Positions 1 through 10,806 of a DNA stretch of 47,886 nt are shown in pieces. Every line of letters starts with the position of its first letter. Positions within the stretch are counted from its first letter, which is position 1. A model generated the notes under the pieces. The model worked only from the letters and a program-made list of their open reading frames with translations, was not told the DNA's origin and did not search any database. The DNA is from Octopus bimaculoides. Its lineage: Eukaryota. Location of the stretch: NCBI RefSeq assembly GCF_001194135.2, contig NC_068999.1, positions 22,533,249-22,581,134 of the forward strand. Reading direction: 5' to 3'. The translations under genes and the position numbers were made by a program.

Positions 1-316
1 AGTACCGCCGGATTTTCGAGTGAGATCATTGCCAGTGCCCCTGGACTGGCTTGTGCGGGTGGCACATAAAAGACACCATTTTGAGCGTGGCCGTTGCCAA
101 TATCGCCTGACTGGCCTTCGTGCAGGTGACACGTAAAAGCACCTACTACACTCTCTGAGTGGTTGGCATTAGGAAGGGCATCCAGCTGTAGAAACTCTGC
201 CAAATTTAGATTGGAGCCTGGTGTTGCCATCCGGTTTCACCAGTCCTCAGTCAAATCGTCCAACCCATGCTAGCATGGAAAGCAGACGTTAAACGATGAT
301 GATGATGATGATGATG
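1..316 (+). mobile_element. RTE-clade LINE 3' UTR (cut by window start) with (GAT)n tail
   Basis: Same hairpin units, aggaagggcatccagctgtagaaac motif and ...catggaaagcagacgttaaac(gat)n end as the ORF2-bearing copy at 29797-31112. Confidence 0.85.
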
Positions 317-317
317 A

Positions 318-430
318 AAGCTTGTGTGGATGTGAAGCTATGGTACAAAACATTTGCTGAAGATGCTGTGCAATGCAATCAAACATAGAACTTTATGATT
401 GTATCAAACTTCTTAACCAATTGGCTAGGT
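318..430 (-). mobile_element. Degraded head fragment of SINE family C
   Basis: Weak similarity to the family C head region (compare 25200-25290). Confidence 0.4.
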
Positions 431-960
431 CTGTGACTGCAATTCTGTAGTGCTATGTTCTTCACAGCATTAAGTTATATTATCTCTGATGCCTACTTGG
501 TTATAGGTAGAATTAACCATTGAAAACAAAATGTTTTGCTCACTTCTGTTTACTGTCTGATTTTCGTTTTTTTATCAAGTTGGCTAACTATAATCTTGTA
601 TTTTAAACATTTCCTTGCATTGAATTATTACGGGAAGATTTATAACAGAACATTAAAAAACTTTTTGCTAAATTTGACACTTAAAGACCATTTTTTATGT
701 GCATAGAAATGTGGTCCAATAATGTTATGGCTTGATAGAACATGATAGTCAGATGGAAATTCTGTTTAGCTTTTCATATTCCATTCCTTAGCTATAAAAC
801 AGGAACTTAAAAGTGGAGGTTCGAAAAAGAACAAAAACAAAAACAAAAACAAAACCTAGCAAAGAATTGACTGCAGCAACTACAGTAGAATTTATTGATC
901 TTGGCTTGGAATCTTGTGGGAATAAGATTAACAAATGTTGCATGATTTCATGTATTTCAG

Positions 961-1135
961 GATGAAAGACTGTCCCTTATCAATGTTATCATCCTTATCT
1001 TTGCTGTCGTTATCTTTTTTTTGACATTCCCATAATTCTTTATTCTATGTTAATTTTATCAAGCTGGCATAGACTGTAGCATGATAAAGCACCTGCTTGC
1101 TATTTCTGTGAGGATCGTCTGCAGAACTTATCAGG
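961..1135 (+). other. Candidate alternative exon of TMEM65 (5'UTR plus ATG at 1081, or poison exon)
   Basis: Acceptor gtatttcag ends at 960; donor CAGG|gtaatc at 1136. ATG at 1081 (A at -3) gives MIKHLLAISVRIVCRTYQ plus 1 nt, in phase with the 3821 exon. In-frame stops at 1033 and 1051 lie upstream of the ATG. No recognisable homology. Confidence 0.4.
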
Positions 1136-1273
1136 GTAATCATAGTTATGACAATACTGCATTACCCTCTTTCATAGAAAAGAAAAAATTAATTGGACTA
1201 ATAACCTTTTCTTTTGTTGTTTTATCTACACTTTGTTTTGATTGGTATATTCTCTGAATGATTTTCTTTTTTG

Positions 1274-1317
<44 letters not shown>

Positions 1318-2172
1318 TATGGAAGACTAATGCACTTTAGTTTATGTGTATATTTTCTTGACCTGGAATACAAATTGCACACGTTCACTGTTTCATTTCA
1401 GTTTAATGTTTTATTTGTTATGCTTATCTTAATGTTTTGTTTGTTATGCAGAGTTAGGGCATTTGAAGATTACTGGGACAGTATGTATTGAAGTTAGCCT
1501 GTTTAAGCTTTATTTTTCTACATACAAATATACATTACTGATCTTAGAAATATAGTATAAATTCTATTTAAAGATTTCATGCTAAATATAACACTAGACA
1601 TATATGAAATCAGTCTTTCATATTCCATTTGAGAAGCTTATCAAATGTTCACTACAAAGAATTCATTGTAAATCCACTAAGTTTGTTGCCAACATTGAAA
1701 GTGATAAATTCTAGTTACAATAATCAATACTCGCACATTTTGGAAATTGTGGTCATCTGATTTTAATCGGTTAAAATATCTGAAGAATTGTAGTTTTGCT
1801 TCATATATTGTATCTTGAGTGTTATAAGTGCATTGCAATTTGATTATTCTAATTTTTCTTATCAATACATATAAAATAGAATTGGTTGTAATATTGTTTG
1901 TCCAGTGAATAAATGAAAAGATTTTATTATGTACACATTCAGAGTATTTTGATTTATAATAATCTTTCTGTGAATCATAGACATGGTGGATTTGTTTGTT
2001 AATTCAAGTTTTAAATGCATTAATGCTAATTCAACGAATTTTCCTAATTTTTGTTGTCTTATTTTATTAAACAATTGAAATCAGCTTAACTTAATATCTA
2101 ATAACTAGAAAGGTAGTCTCTAAAATACAGTCAGATGATTGTACTGAATTATATTCATTATTTAGTGTGCTT

Positions 2173-2445
2173 AAGGTGGCAAGCAGGCAGAATTGTTAGC
2201 AGAATGGGTAACTGCATTTCGTCTGTTTTTATGATCATCATCATCGTTTAATGTCCGCTTTCCATGCTAGCATGGGTTGGACGATTTGACTGAGGACTGG
2301 CAAGCCAGAAGACTGCGAGTTCAAATTCCACTGAGGTCAATGTTGCCTTTTTTCTTTTGGGGGTCAATAAAAAAAATGACCAGTTGAGCACTGGAGTTGA
2401 TTTGACTTATCCCTTCTCCTGAAATGGTCAAAATTTGAAACCAGT
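2173..2445 (+). mobile_element. tRNA-derived SINE family B, interrupted by an inverted RTE 3' end
   Basis: ggcagaattgttagc head, B-box gagttcaaattcc, gaggtcaa...ggggtcaataaa...accagttgagcactgg core. Flanked by the direct repeat tatttagtgtgcttaa (about 2159-2174 and 2445-2460). Confidence 0.85.
2234..2316 (-). mobile_element. Short 5'-truncated RTE 3' end
   Basis: 2234-2300 is the reverse complement of 240-306 at 65/67 identity. Confidence 0.9.
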
Positions 2446-2456
2446 ATTTAGTGTGC

Positions 2457-2672
2457 TTAACCCTTTAGCATTCAAATTAATGTCAAATGTAATGCTTATT
2501 TATTTACATTGTTTTGAATTTATCATGTAGCTTTAAGATTTCAATAATGTGATTGCATATTTTAAGAATGATATTGTAGGGTTGGTGTGAGAGACGAGAT
2601 CTAGCTGATTTTCACACAAAACAGATGGAGTATTTGGGCTGCATATGGCCTGTTTAAATGCTAAAGGGTTAA
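2457..2672. mobile_element. piggyBac-like MITE family F
   Basis: TTAA|CCCTTTAGCATT ... AATGCTAAAGGG|TTAA perfect terminal inverted repeats with TTAA target. Other copies at 21630-21856 and 42382-42590. Confidence 0.85.
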
Positions 2673-3060
2673 GGCGGTGTAATGGCAGAATCATTATCAT
2701 ACCAAGCAAAATGCTTAGCAGCATTTCATCCATCTTTACAATCTGATTTCAAATTCTTCTGAGGTCGATTTTTGCCTTTCGTTCTTTTGGAGTTGATAAA
2801 GTAAGTACCAGTATTCAACTGCTCACTATAACTGCCTTAACCCTCCCTAAAATTGCTGGCCTTATGCTAAAATTTAAAACTAATATTTAAAGTGTTTATT
2901 TCTGGCAGAATCAGTAGCACATCGAGCAAAAATGTTGTTTCATTATCTTCCTTTACATTCAGAGCTCAAATTACACTGACATTGACCTTGTCTTTCACCC
3001 TTCTGATTGTTGATAAAGTAAGTTCTAGTGAATTACTGGGGTTAGTATAATCAACTGTAC
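2673..3060 (+). mobile_element. Two tandem SINE family B copies (about 2673-2885 and 2900-3060)
   Basis: Each has an (t/c)ggcagaatc head, a B-box-like tcaaatt and the family B core. Confidence 0.8.
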
Positions 3061-3064
3061 TCTT

Positions 3065-3125
3065 GAAAGCAATGCAACCAGCATGGCCACAACCCAATGA
3101 CTGAAACCAGTCAGGGAATAACAGA
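3065..3125 (+). mobile_element. 3' end of SINE family C
   Basis: ccagcatggcc...aatgactgaaac is the reverse complement of 7451-7490 and 11760-11790. Confidence 0.6.
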
Positions 3126-3241
3126 ATATTATGAAGTGTTTCCTACATTGAAAGGATTAAATATATATCTATGGGGTTCATAAATAAATTCATACCAGTG
3201 GTAATCAGCTAACCTATTTGTAGCTCTGTGTGCGTGTGCGT

Positions 3242-3273
<32 letters not shown>

Positions 3274-3820
3274 CTCATGGTTTGGTCGACAGCAGCTTTT
3301 ATTTTGACTCTGTATATCTCACCCTTTTTCATCAATGGTAATGGTTGTGCAAGTGAGCATTAAATAATGAGACAAAGACTTTCCAACAGCTGTCAACAAC
3401 CCAAAGGCCTTAAAAAAATTTGAAAGCCTACACACAGGCCCACATTTTGCTAACCCTTATTCTAGAGGAATCCCTCTGTGTCTAGCCTTTGCAAACCATA
3501 TAAGAATGGTTCATGCTCAGATACACTCTTAACAAGGACTGAAAAATCTTGAGGAAAAGCCCTAACATGACTTAATATAAAACCACATCAGGAACTAAAT
3601 GTAAATGAAGTGAAATAGTTGCAGTTTTACTTCCTACTGTTCAGAGCATGACCTATATTAAACATATGCATTCACAAACTGAATTTATGCATGTAACAAA
3701 ATCAGTTTCTTTATATTTGATTATTTGTCTGTATATATATTGTTACCAGTGTATTTTACAGATTGAACTGAAAATATTATTAGAATTATTTAATATAAAA
3801 ATATATTTTTTATATTACAG

Positions 3821-3859
3821 ATGGCCCGCCTGCATTAACTTCTTCACAAATTCGAATGT
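3821..3859 (+). CDS. TMEM65: TMEM65 internal coding exon (39 nt, phase 1/1): (D)GPPALTSSQIRM(L)
   Basis: tatattacag|ATGGCC...GAATGT|gtaagt. The terminal T plus TA of the next exon gives Leu. Positionally equivalent to the short human exon EKLEAPPPTPGQLRY. Confidence 0.85.
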
Positions 3860-4042
3860 GTAAGTAACTATTTTGTTATATTTTTTACACTCTCTATTAA
3901 TTAACAACGAAAATGATCTCATTACCTCCTTTAACATCTGTTTCAGACCACACATAGAAAAGTACATATATTTTAACAAAGATTTCAACTTAAATATAAC
4001 TTATGCTTTCGTTTGGTTAATACTAGAATAATATATATACCT

Positions 4043-4426
4043 CTGGAGGTGCAATGGCCCAGTGGTTAGGGCAGCGGACTTGCAGTCATAGGATCGCGGT
4101 TTCGATTCCCATACCGGGCGTTGTGAGTGTTTATTGAGCGAAAACACCTAAAGCCCCATGAGGCTCCGGCAGGGGATGGTGGCAAACCCTGCTGTGCTCT
4201 TCCACCACAACTTTCTCTCACTCTTTCTTCCTGTTTCTGTTGTGCCTGTAATTCAAAGAGTCAGCGTTGTCACACTGTGTCACGCTGAATATCCCCGAGA
4301 ACCACGTTAAGGGTACACTTGTCTGTGGAGTGCTCAGCCACTTGCACGTTAATTTCACGAGCAGGCTGTTCCGTTGATCGGATCAACTGGAACCCTCGAT
4401 GTCGTAAGCGACGGAGTGCCAACGCA
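4043..4426 (+). mobile_element. Young full-length tRNA-derived SINE family D
   Basis: A-box tggcccagtgg, B-box gtttcgattccc, CpG-rich body, 10-bp target-site duplication atatatacct (4033-4042 and 4427-4436). Confidence 0.85.
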
Positions 4427-4489
4427 ATATATACCTATACATGGTCATAGTTAATATACTAAACCTCTCATGATTTGATTATTATGGAA

Positions 4490-4625
4490 TTAAAGACATG
4501 GATATTAGGAATATAGCCATGAATGGGATAAAACGCCATTGATTGGTGTTTAGCCCTAGGTCAGTGCTAACTGAATAGCCCTATGATCAAAAGTCATTCA
4601 GCTATGATTACTCTGTTGTTTTAGT
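4490..4625 (+). mobile_element. Interspersed repeat family E (unclassified)
   Basis: gccctaggtcag...cctatgatcaaa motif. Related copies at about 4890-4975(-), 12380-12540(+), 14885-15035(-), 17305-17490(+). Confidence 0.55.
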
Positions 4626-5995
4626 GATTTCAAGCAGACCATCTACAGACTGCCTTGTTGATTTTTGTTCTTTTACTAGATGAAAATTTTAAAGTATAAA
4701 AACGTAAGATGTTTTCTTTTTATTGGCACTTCCAATATTTCATATGTAATTCTGAAATATTGTATAATTAAGTTATTTTTTTCCTCTTAACGCTTTTAGA
4801 CTATTAATTCACATCCTGTTTCTATTATTCACTTGTAAACTTTTATAATTATGCATTTGGAAAATATTCTATATTAAATTATTATGATCTAATGAGAAAG
4901 CCCCTCTTGGATCATTCAACTTGCTAGAAATGGCAAAGAACTCTACTCAAATCATATCTGACCTTAGATCATAGATCTGATACATTTGGGTTAACATAAA
5001 GCTAAACAATATATGAGAACTATCTACAGCTCTGTGGATGATATATATACGCACGCACGCACGCACGCACGCACGCACGAGCGCACTCACATTTCTTCTA
5101 GACCTCATATGGGGAAAGCTGTGTAACCAAGAGACAAACTTTCCTTCACCAGCCCTCAAATATTGGATTATTAATTTATTTTTTCATTCGTACTGAAGAT
5201 ACTAGTCTAAAAATTATTACATTAGAGCTATCATACATTGTTAGTTCTGCCTTAGATCTACAAGTTTTTCATATCAAACATAATATGCTTCATATCATCA
5301 CAGGTTATGCGTAAACTACCTACACGAACAAAAAATAATACATATTATGGAAAACCAACAGGATGTATGGGAAATAGTTTATTGCTAGGTCAAACTTTCA
5401 TGGTTCCAGTTATTACATATCAATATCATTCTAGAACGATACTATATCATCATCTTAAAATACACTCTCATATACAGTCCAGAAAAACATTAAAGAAATG
5501 CTCACTCACTCACACACTCACTCACTCACTCTCAAAAATGGCAGCAACATTAATGGTCTCACTAATCCTAATCACAATACTAGGATGCACATGACTGATT
5601 AACATAGCAGCACAACTGTTCCACTCGAGCTAAATCTCCCTTTATAGCCTTCACAGACCTTATTGGCACACAAGAACAAATTGGACCATGAGAAATATAG
5701 CTATATGTTCAATCTTCTATATGTCTCTCTTGCATTAAATTATTGCATATATTAGTACAGTATGGCTAGGTAGAGGCATGGTATATCTGGAAGAATGGAT
5801 CTACGGATTGACTTGATTTGTCAGCCATCCATGTGCTATAGTTCTGCTCAGTCAAGATTTATCCGGTGGTTTAACAGCCAGAACTACTGGCTTGCTTTTC
5901 TTGCGTCTCCTGAACTTGCTGAGTCTTTGTTACTCTCACTATAACCCATTTGATACACTCATCTGTTTTGCCTTTCCTATCATTATTACTTCACT

Positions 5996-6205
5996 TGGAG
6001 GAGCTGGCAGAATCATTAGCATATCAGACAAAATGCTTTACAGCATTTCTTCCAGCTCTTTATATTTTGAATTCAAATTCCACTGAGTTCAGCTTTTCCT
6101 TTCATCTATTTTACATTTGATAAAATGTGTGTTGAGCCTTGGGATTGACTTAACCCTTCCTCTAAAAATTACTGGCCTTGAGCCAAAATTTGAAACAATT
6201 ATTTC
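5996..6205 (+). mobile_element. SINE family B
   Basis: gagctggcagaatcattagc...ttcaaattccactgag...ggccttgagccaaaatttgaaac. Confidence 0.8.
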
Positions 6206-7444
6206 ATTTCAACCTGTGTGTTGTCTTGTCTTTCTTTCCCTGGAATAGAGACTTCTGGATTTTATTTCCCATTCAACTCCATCTACTATCTGCGATTAGA
6301 CACACTAATTATGACACTAACATAAATTTATCTCTTCTCCAGTGTGAGCAGATCTGGTAAAATTTATGGGCAATGCTATTCTTTCCCCTACCATATAAGT
6401 TGATCTAACTTATGAAAATTTGCATCACAATTTTTAATTTACGATCAGAAAATGTGAAAGAAATAAGAACAAGCTTTTTAAAATGTATTAACATTCTATA
6501 CACAGAAATTTACAAAGTGTAACTCTGAAGCATTTTCACTTTTTATAAAGATAAAAATGTCTCATTTCTAAAGATTGGAAATAGTTTCTTTCAAATTAGA
6601 AATAGTTTTCTTTAAATAAGATTTAAGAAACCATATATGTATTCATGTGAGCTTTTCATATTGTGTATTTTCAAATTTTTCTTGACAATTTTCAACTCTT
6701 GGCTTACCGGTTATTTTAATTTGCAATAACAATTTCCTTAATGTTCTTGACTGCGTTCATGTTACATTTAGAAACTATTACCCAATTTTATTCGAATAGT
6801 TGTGATGATCTCTATTTTAAACATTGAATTATTTGTATTCTTGACAGTGAAAAATATTTCAATCTTTAATATTAATATTGTTTTTTGTTTTATCACACGA
6901 AAACATAAAAGTACCTAATGCATCTTTTGTATCAGAAGCCTGCAGAGAAAGTATTTATATGTCATATAAACTGGATTACAAACCCAAATCTAAATGTTCT
7001 GTATAAACAACATTGTGGGTGACCATACTCAATAACAGGTTGTACATGGAGTGTGCGTGTGTGTAACATATACATACGTATATGACACTTTTATGATTTT
7101 CTTCCAAAATATTTAACACTCATTTTCTATTATCTTTAATTCCTTATGATTTTTATTTATCTTCAATTCTTTGATTTTTATAATATTTAATGAAAAATAT
7201 TTGCTTCTGTTTAGCTCCATGTGGTATGCATTAAACTTATTTTGTCAAAACCGATTCAAGCTGATGCTGAGAAAACAGATATGATTTAACTTGTGTTATG
7301 GATGGCTATTTGTTGCTGCTTTATATGACCATATGTCTTTATATAGAATCTGAAGAATGGAGGCACCAAAATAAGGAATCTTAGCTCTTCGTAGAAATGA
7401 GTTGCTAAATCATTTATTAGTGATTTTAGTCATTATATTAGCAG

Positions 7445-7790
7445 ATCTTGTTTACTTGTTTCAGTCATTGGACTGCAGTCATGCTGGTGTACCAGCTTGA
7501 AGGGTTCAGTAAAAGAAATTGACCCCAGTAATTATTTTTTTAAATCTAGTATTTATCCTCTTTTGCTGAGCCACTGAGTTATGGGGGATGCAAGTAAACC
7601 AACACTGGTTGTCAAGCAGTACTGGGGGGCAAATACAAAGACACACAGCCCCATACATAGATACACACATACACACACATACATACATGACAGGCTTCCA
7701 CACAGTTTCCATCTATTAAATTTACTCACAAGGCATTGATTGGCCTAGGGCTATAGTAGAAGATACTTGCTCAAGGTATTGAAATATATA
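7445..7790 (-). mobile_element. SINE family C (tRNA head, CORE-like ccttgagcaag...tctactatagcc, internal microsatellite, 3' tail); probably OR-type CORE-SINE
   Basis: Collinear with 31772-32135. The family name rests on recall of octopus CORE-SINEs. Confidence 0.8.
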
Positions 7791-7876
7791 GGCTTTGCAG
7801 TGGGGTAGTATGTAATTTAGTATATGGCTATGATAGGCACAGGCATGGTTGTGTGATTAGGAAATTCATGTTACAA

Positions 7877-8396
7877 CAGGGGTGGGGGAAACCCCCACAT
7901 GTAGGCACAATGCCCACAAGCCCACCTTGTGCCCACAGGCTGGTATACTCATATGTACAAAATATAGTAAATTTTTCAATTATAAAATTTATACAATATT
8001 CGTATGCCTATTTTTGACATAGGCTGCATTTCCACTATGACTTAAAATGGTTAGACTCGAACAGAAAATCATCCAGTAATTGCTATTTGAATGGAAATTT
8101 TGCTTTCGCTATAAAACTCATATTGTTAGGTTTGTACTACCCCCTTGAGACCCAACTACACTAGCTGAAAAATATAGAATACCTCATAAGTAATGTAAAT
8201 GTCATAAATTCAGTGGTGGCGTTAATGATGTTATGCGTTAATTTAATGTTAAACTTATTTTTATTAATGTGTATCAAATTATACATAGATATATACAAAC
8301 TTTACACAGATAAAAGAGTTAGAATTTGTGATCCACCTGAGGACCTTTTTCTTTGGAAATTTTTGCCCACTGCACTAAAAAGTTTCCCTACCCCTG
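7877..8396. mobile_element. hAT-type MITE inserted into a + strand family C SINE head
   Basis: TIRs caggggtgggggaaac / gtttccctacccctg. 8-bp TSD tgttacaa (7869-7876) vs tgctacaa (8397-8404). SINE head resumes on both sides (7833-7876, 8397-8450). Confidence 0.85.
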
Positions 8397-9062
8397 TGCT
8401 ACAACTATGTAGTTCTGAGTCCATGAAACTCTCTGATACCATAGATAAGTGACTCTTACATTAACCAATATATTATGATAGGGATTTGTCTGATGGGGAC
8501 TTCTGAAGCTTGTCTTGTATGCTTGTTAGCTCTACCAATGTGTATCAGTGAAAGGTTTGTAGAAACAGCAAGAAAACTGGTGCTCTTTGAATAAAGTCTT
8601 CTGCAATATTTGTTTTGCACAGATATTCACAATCCTTTGTAACTTTCATTGTCAGAATTGCAGTGAACTCGTAATTTGCCCATTGGATACTTGAAACCAA
8701 GGATGCTGTTTTTCACAAGTTGCAATATGAAATAAATAAATAGTCCTTATGACCTCTTCATCTTTACATAGTTGGCAAAGCCTTTTAATGAGGGAGCAGA
8801 ATGGAACTGTTTTTATAGCCAAGGAAATAAAAATTTAAAAAATCCCAATAATTGTTGAAGGTTTATGAAACAGTCTGTTTTTTGTTTCCCCAAATGTTTT
8901 AATGTTTTCAATAGTATATACCTACATAAAATTGTGTGTGTTATCAAAGCAATGAAAACCGTTTTCTTCACAAAATCTTGCAAATTGTGGTTCAACTTTT
9001 GTAGCTTCTGTATTCAAAATTGACTTATTTATAAATGGATTTGATATATTTCATCTCTGAAG

Positions 9063-9202
9063 TTAGCTCAGGCATGATTTTCCAACCACATGGTTTCAGG
9101 TTCATTCCATTGTATGGTATCTTGGGCAAGTGTCTTCTTTTGTAGCCCTGGGCTGACTAAAGTCTTGTGAGTGGGTTTGGTAAATGGAAACTGGAAGAAG
9201 CC

Positions 9203-9245
<43 letters not shown>

Positions 9246-9960
9246 TTTATATCACCTTTTCTTGACATCATGAGATGATTTTAAATGTATGTTACTGTCA
9301 TGCAGGCAGCGTCATTAATTTTCAATACTCTGCAAAAACATGTCTGGCTATGGAGAGATATTACTTTTCTTGGAAATCGAAATCAAATTCGATGACTGGC
9401 ATCTGTGCTAGTGGAGCGCTAAGAGCACTATCCAAGCGTGATCGTTGCCAGAGAAGCTGACTGACTCCCATGCCGCTGGCACAAAAAACACCATTCGAGC
9501 ATGATCGTTACCAGCGTTGCCTTACTGGCACTTGTGCCGCTGGCACATGAAAAAATACTCAAGCAAGGTCATTGCCAGTGCCGCTGGACTGGCTCCTGTG
9601 CAGGTGGCATATAATAAACACCAGTTGAGCGTGGCCATTGCCAGTACCGCCTAACTGGCCCTCGTGCCAGTGGCACATAAAAGCACCCTCTACACTCTTG
9701 GAGTGGTTGGCGTTAGGAAGGACATCCAGCTGTAGAAACTCTGCCAGATCAGATTGGAGCCTGGTGTAACCATCTGGTTCACCAGTCCTCAGTCAAATCG
9801 TCCAACCCATGCTAGCATGGAAAGCAGACGTTAAACAATGATGATGATGGAAACAGGTGAGAGTTTGCAACAGGAAGGCCATCCAGCTATAGAAAATCTA
9901 TATGGATCCCTCTGATCCATGTAAGCATTGTAAAATGGACATTAAAACGACACCAATGAT
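9063..9960 (+). mobile_element. SINE with family C head, (TG)n and alternative H-type body and tail, interrupted by an RTE 3' UTR at 9390-9849
   Basis: Head 9063-9204, (TG)n 9205-9243. Body ends cttggaaatc at about 9382 and resumes ggaaacaggtgag at about 9849. Body is the reverse complement of 11475-11705. Confidence 0.75.
9390..9849 (+). mobile_element. RTE-clade LINE 3' UTR with four and a half 63-66 bp dual-hairpin units
   Basis: Units start at about 9435, 9498, 9562 and 9628. Terminus identical in type to 1-316 and 30960-31112. Confidence 0.85.
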
Positions 9961-10356
9961 AAGTTTTGCCAATTGTTAAAGCTCATTCCCAAGCAAAGGA
10001 TTTTAAAGAAGTGTATCTTTTGTCTGAGACACATTTATAAGAGTCAATAAAATTTTCGCTTTTTCTGTTTGTCTTTTAACTCCACTGCAGGTTAATAACT
10101 TTCAGTTTTTGGTCTGATTCAAGTTCCTCATTAATACAGTTAAATGGAGTTTGAAGGATTCTTAGTGCTTTCACATTTTCACCATGATTGAAAAAATGGT
10201 GTTTTACTCTAGCTTCAGACTAGTGAGACTGTTTAGAATGAATTCAAAAGGAAATGAAGAAACGACTTCATAGCTGTATTTGTCACAACAGAGAAAGTGT
10301 TTTAAGCTATTTATTATCAGACAGGAGTGTTTTATATATATATATATATATATATA

Positions 10357-10806
10357 NNNNNNNNNNNNNNNNNNNNNNNNNNNNNNNNNNNNNNNNNNNN
10401 NNNNNNNNNNNNNNNNNNNNNNNNNNNNNNNNNNNNNNNNNNNNNNNNNNNNNNNNNNNNNNNNNNNNNNNNNNNNNNNNNNNNNNNNNNNNNNNNNNNN
10501 NNNNNNNNNNNNNNNNNNNNNNNNNNNNNNNNNNNNNNNNNNNNNNNNNNNNNNNNNNNNNNNNNNNNNNNNNNNNNNNNNNNNNNNNNNNNNNNNNNNN
10601 NNNNNNNNNNNNNNNNNNNNNNNNNNNNNNNNNNNNNNNNNNNNNNNNNNNNNNNNNNNNNNNNNNNNNNNNNNNNNNNNNNNNNNNNNNNNNNNNNNNN
10701 NNNNNNNNNNNNNNNNNNNNNNNNNNNNNNNNNNNNNNNNNNNNNNNNNNNNNNNNNNNNNNNNNNNNNNNNNNNNNNNNNNNNNNNNNNNNNNNNNNNN
10801 NNNNNN
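10357..10806. other. Assembly gap flanked by (TA)n; other gaps at 26098-26308, 32181-32190, 35760-35846, 43851-43860
   Basis: N runs. Confidence 1.

Noticed and set aside
1452-1480. Possible micro-exon (tgcag|...|gtatgt)
   Set aside because: 29 nt would break the frame, and there is no homology.
3374-3532. Frame reading KDFPTAVNNPKALKKFES as the missing ARDF...RFES exon of TMEM65
   Set aside because: Spacing is 6 residues too short, intervening residues do not match, and I see no suitable phase-1 donor.
4043-4120. tRNA gene
   Set aside because: The tRNA-like head continues into a roughly 300-bp body with TSDs. No complete cloverleaf, so it is a SINE.
5307-5594. 95-aa ORF, possible Penelope endonuclease remnant
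   Set aside because: No GIY-YIG motif recognisable, and it includes a (CACT)n run.
9390-9700. CRISPR-like appearance of palindromic repeat units with variable inserts
   Set aside because: Variable parts are only 3-10 nt loops, the array sits in a eukaryotic LINE 3' UTR, and there are no cas genes.
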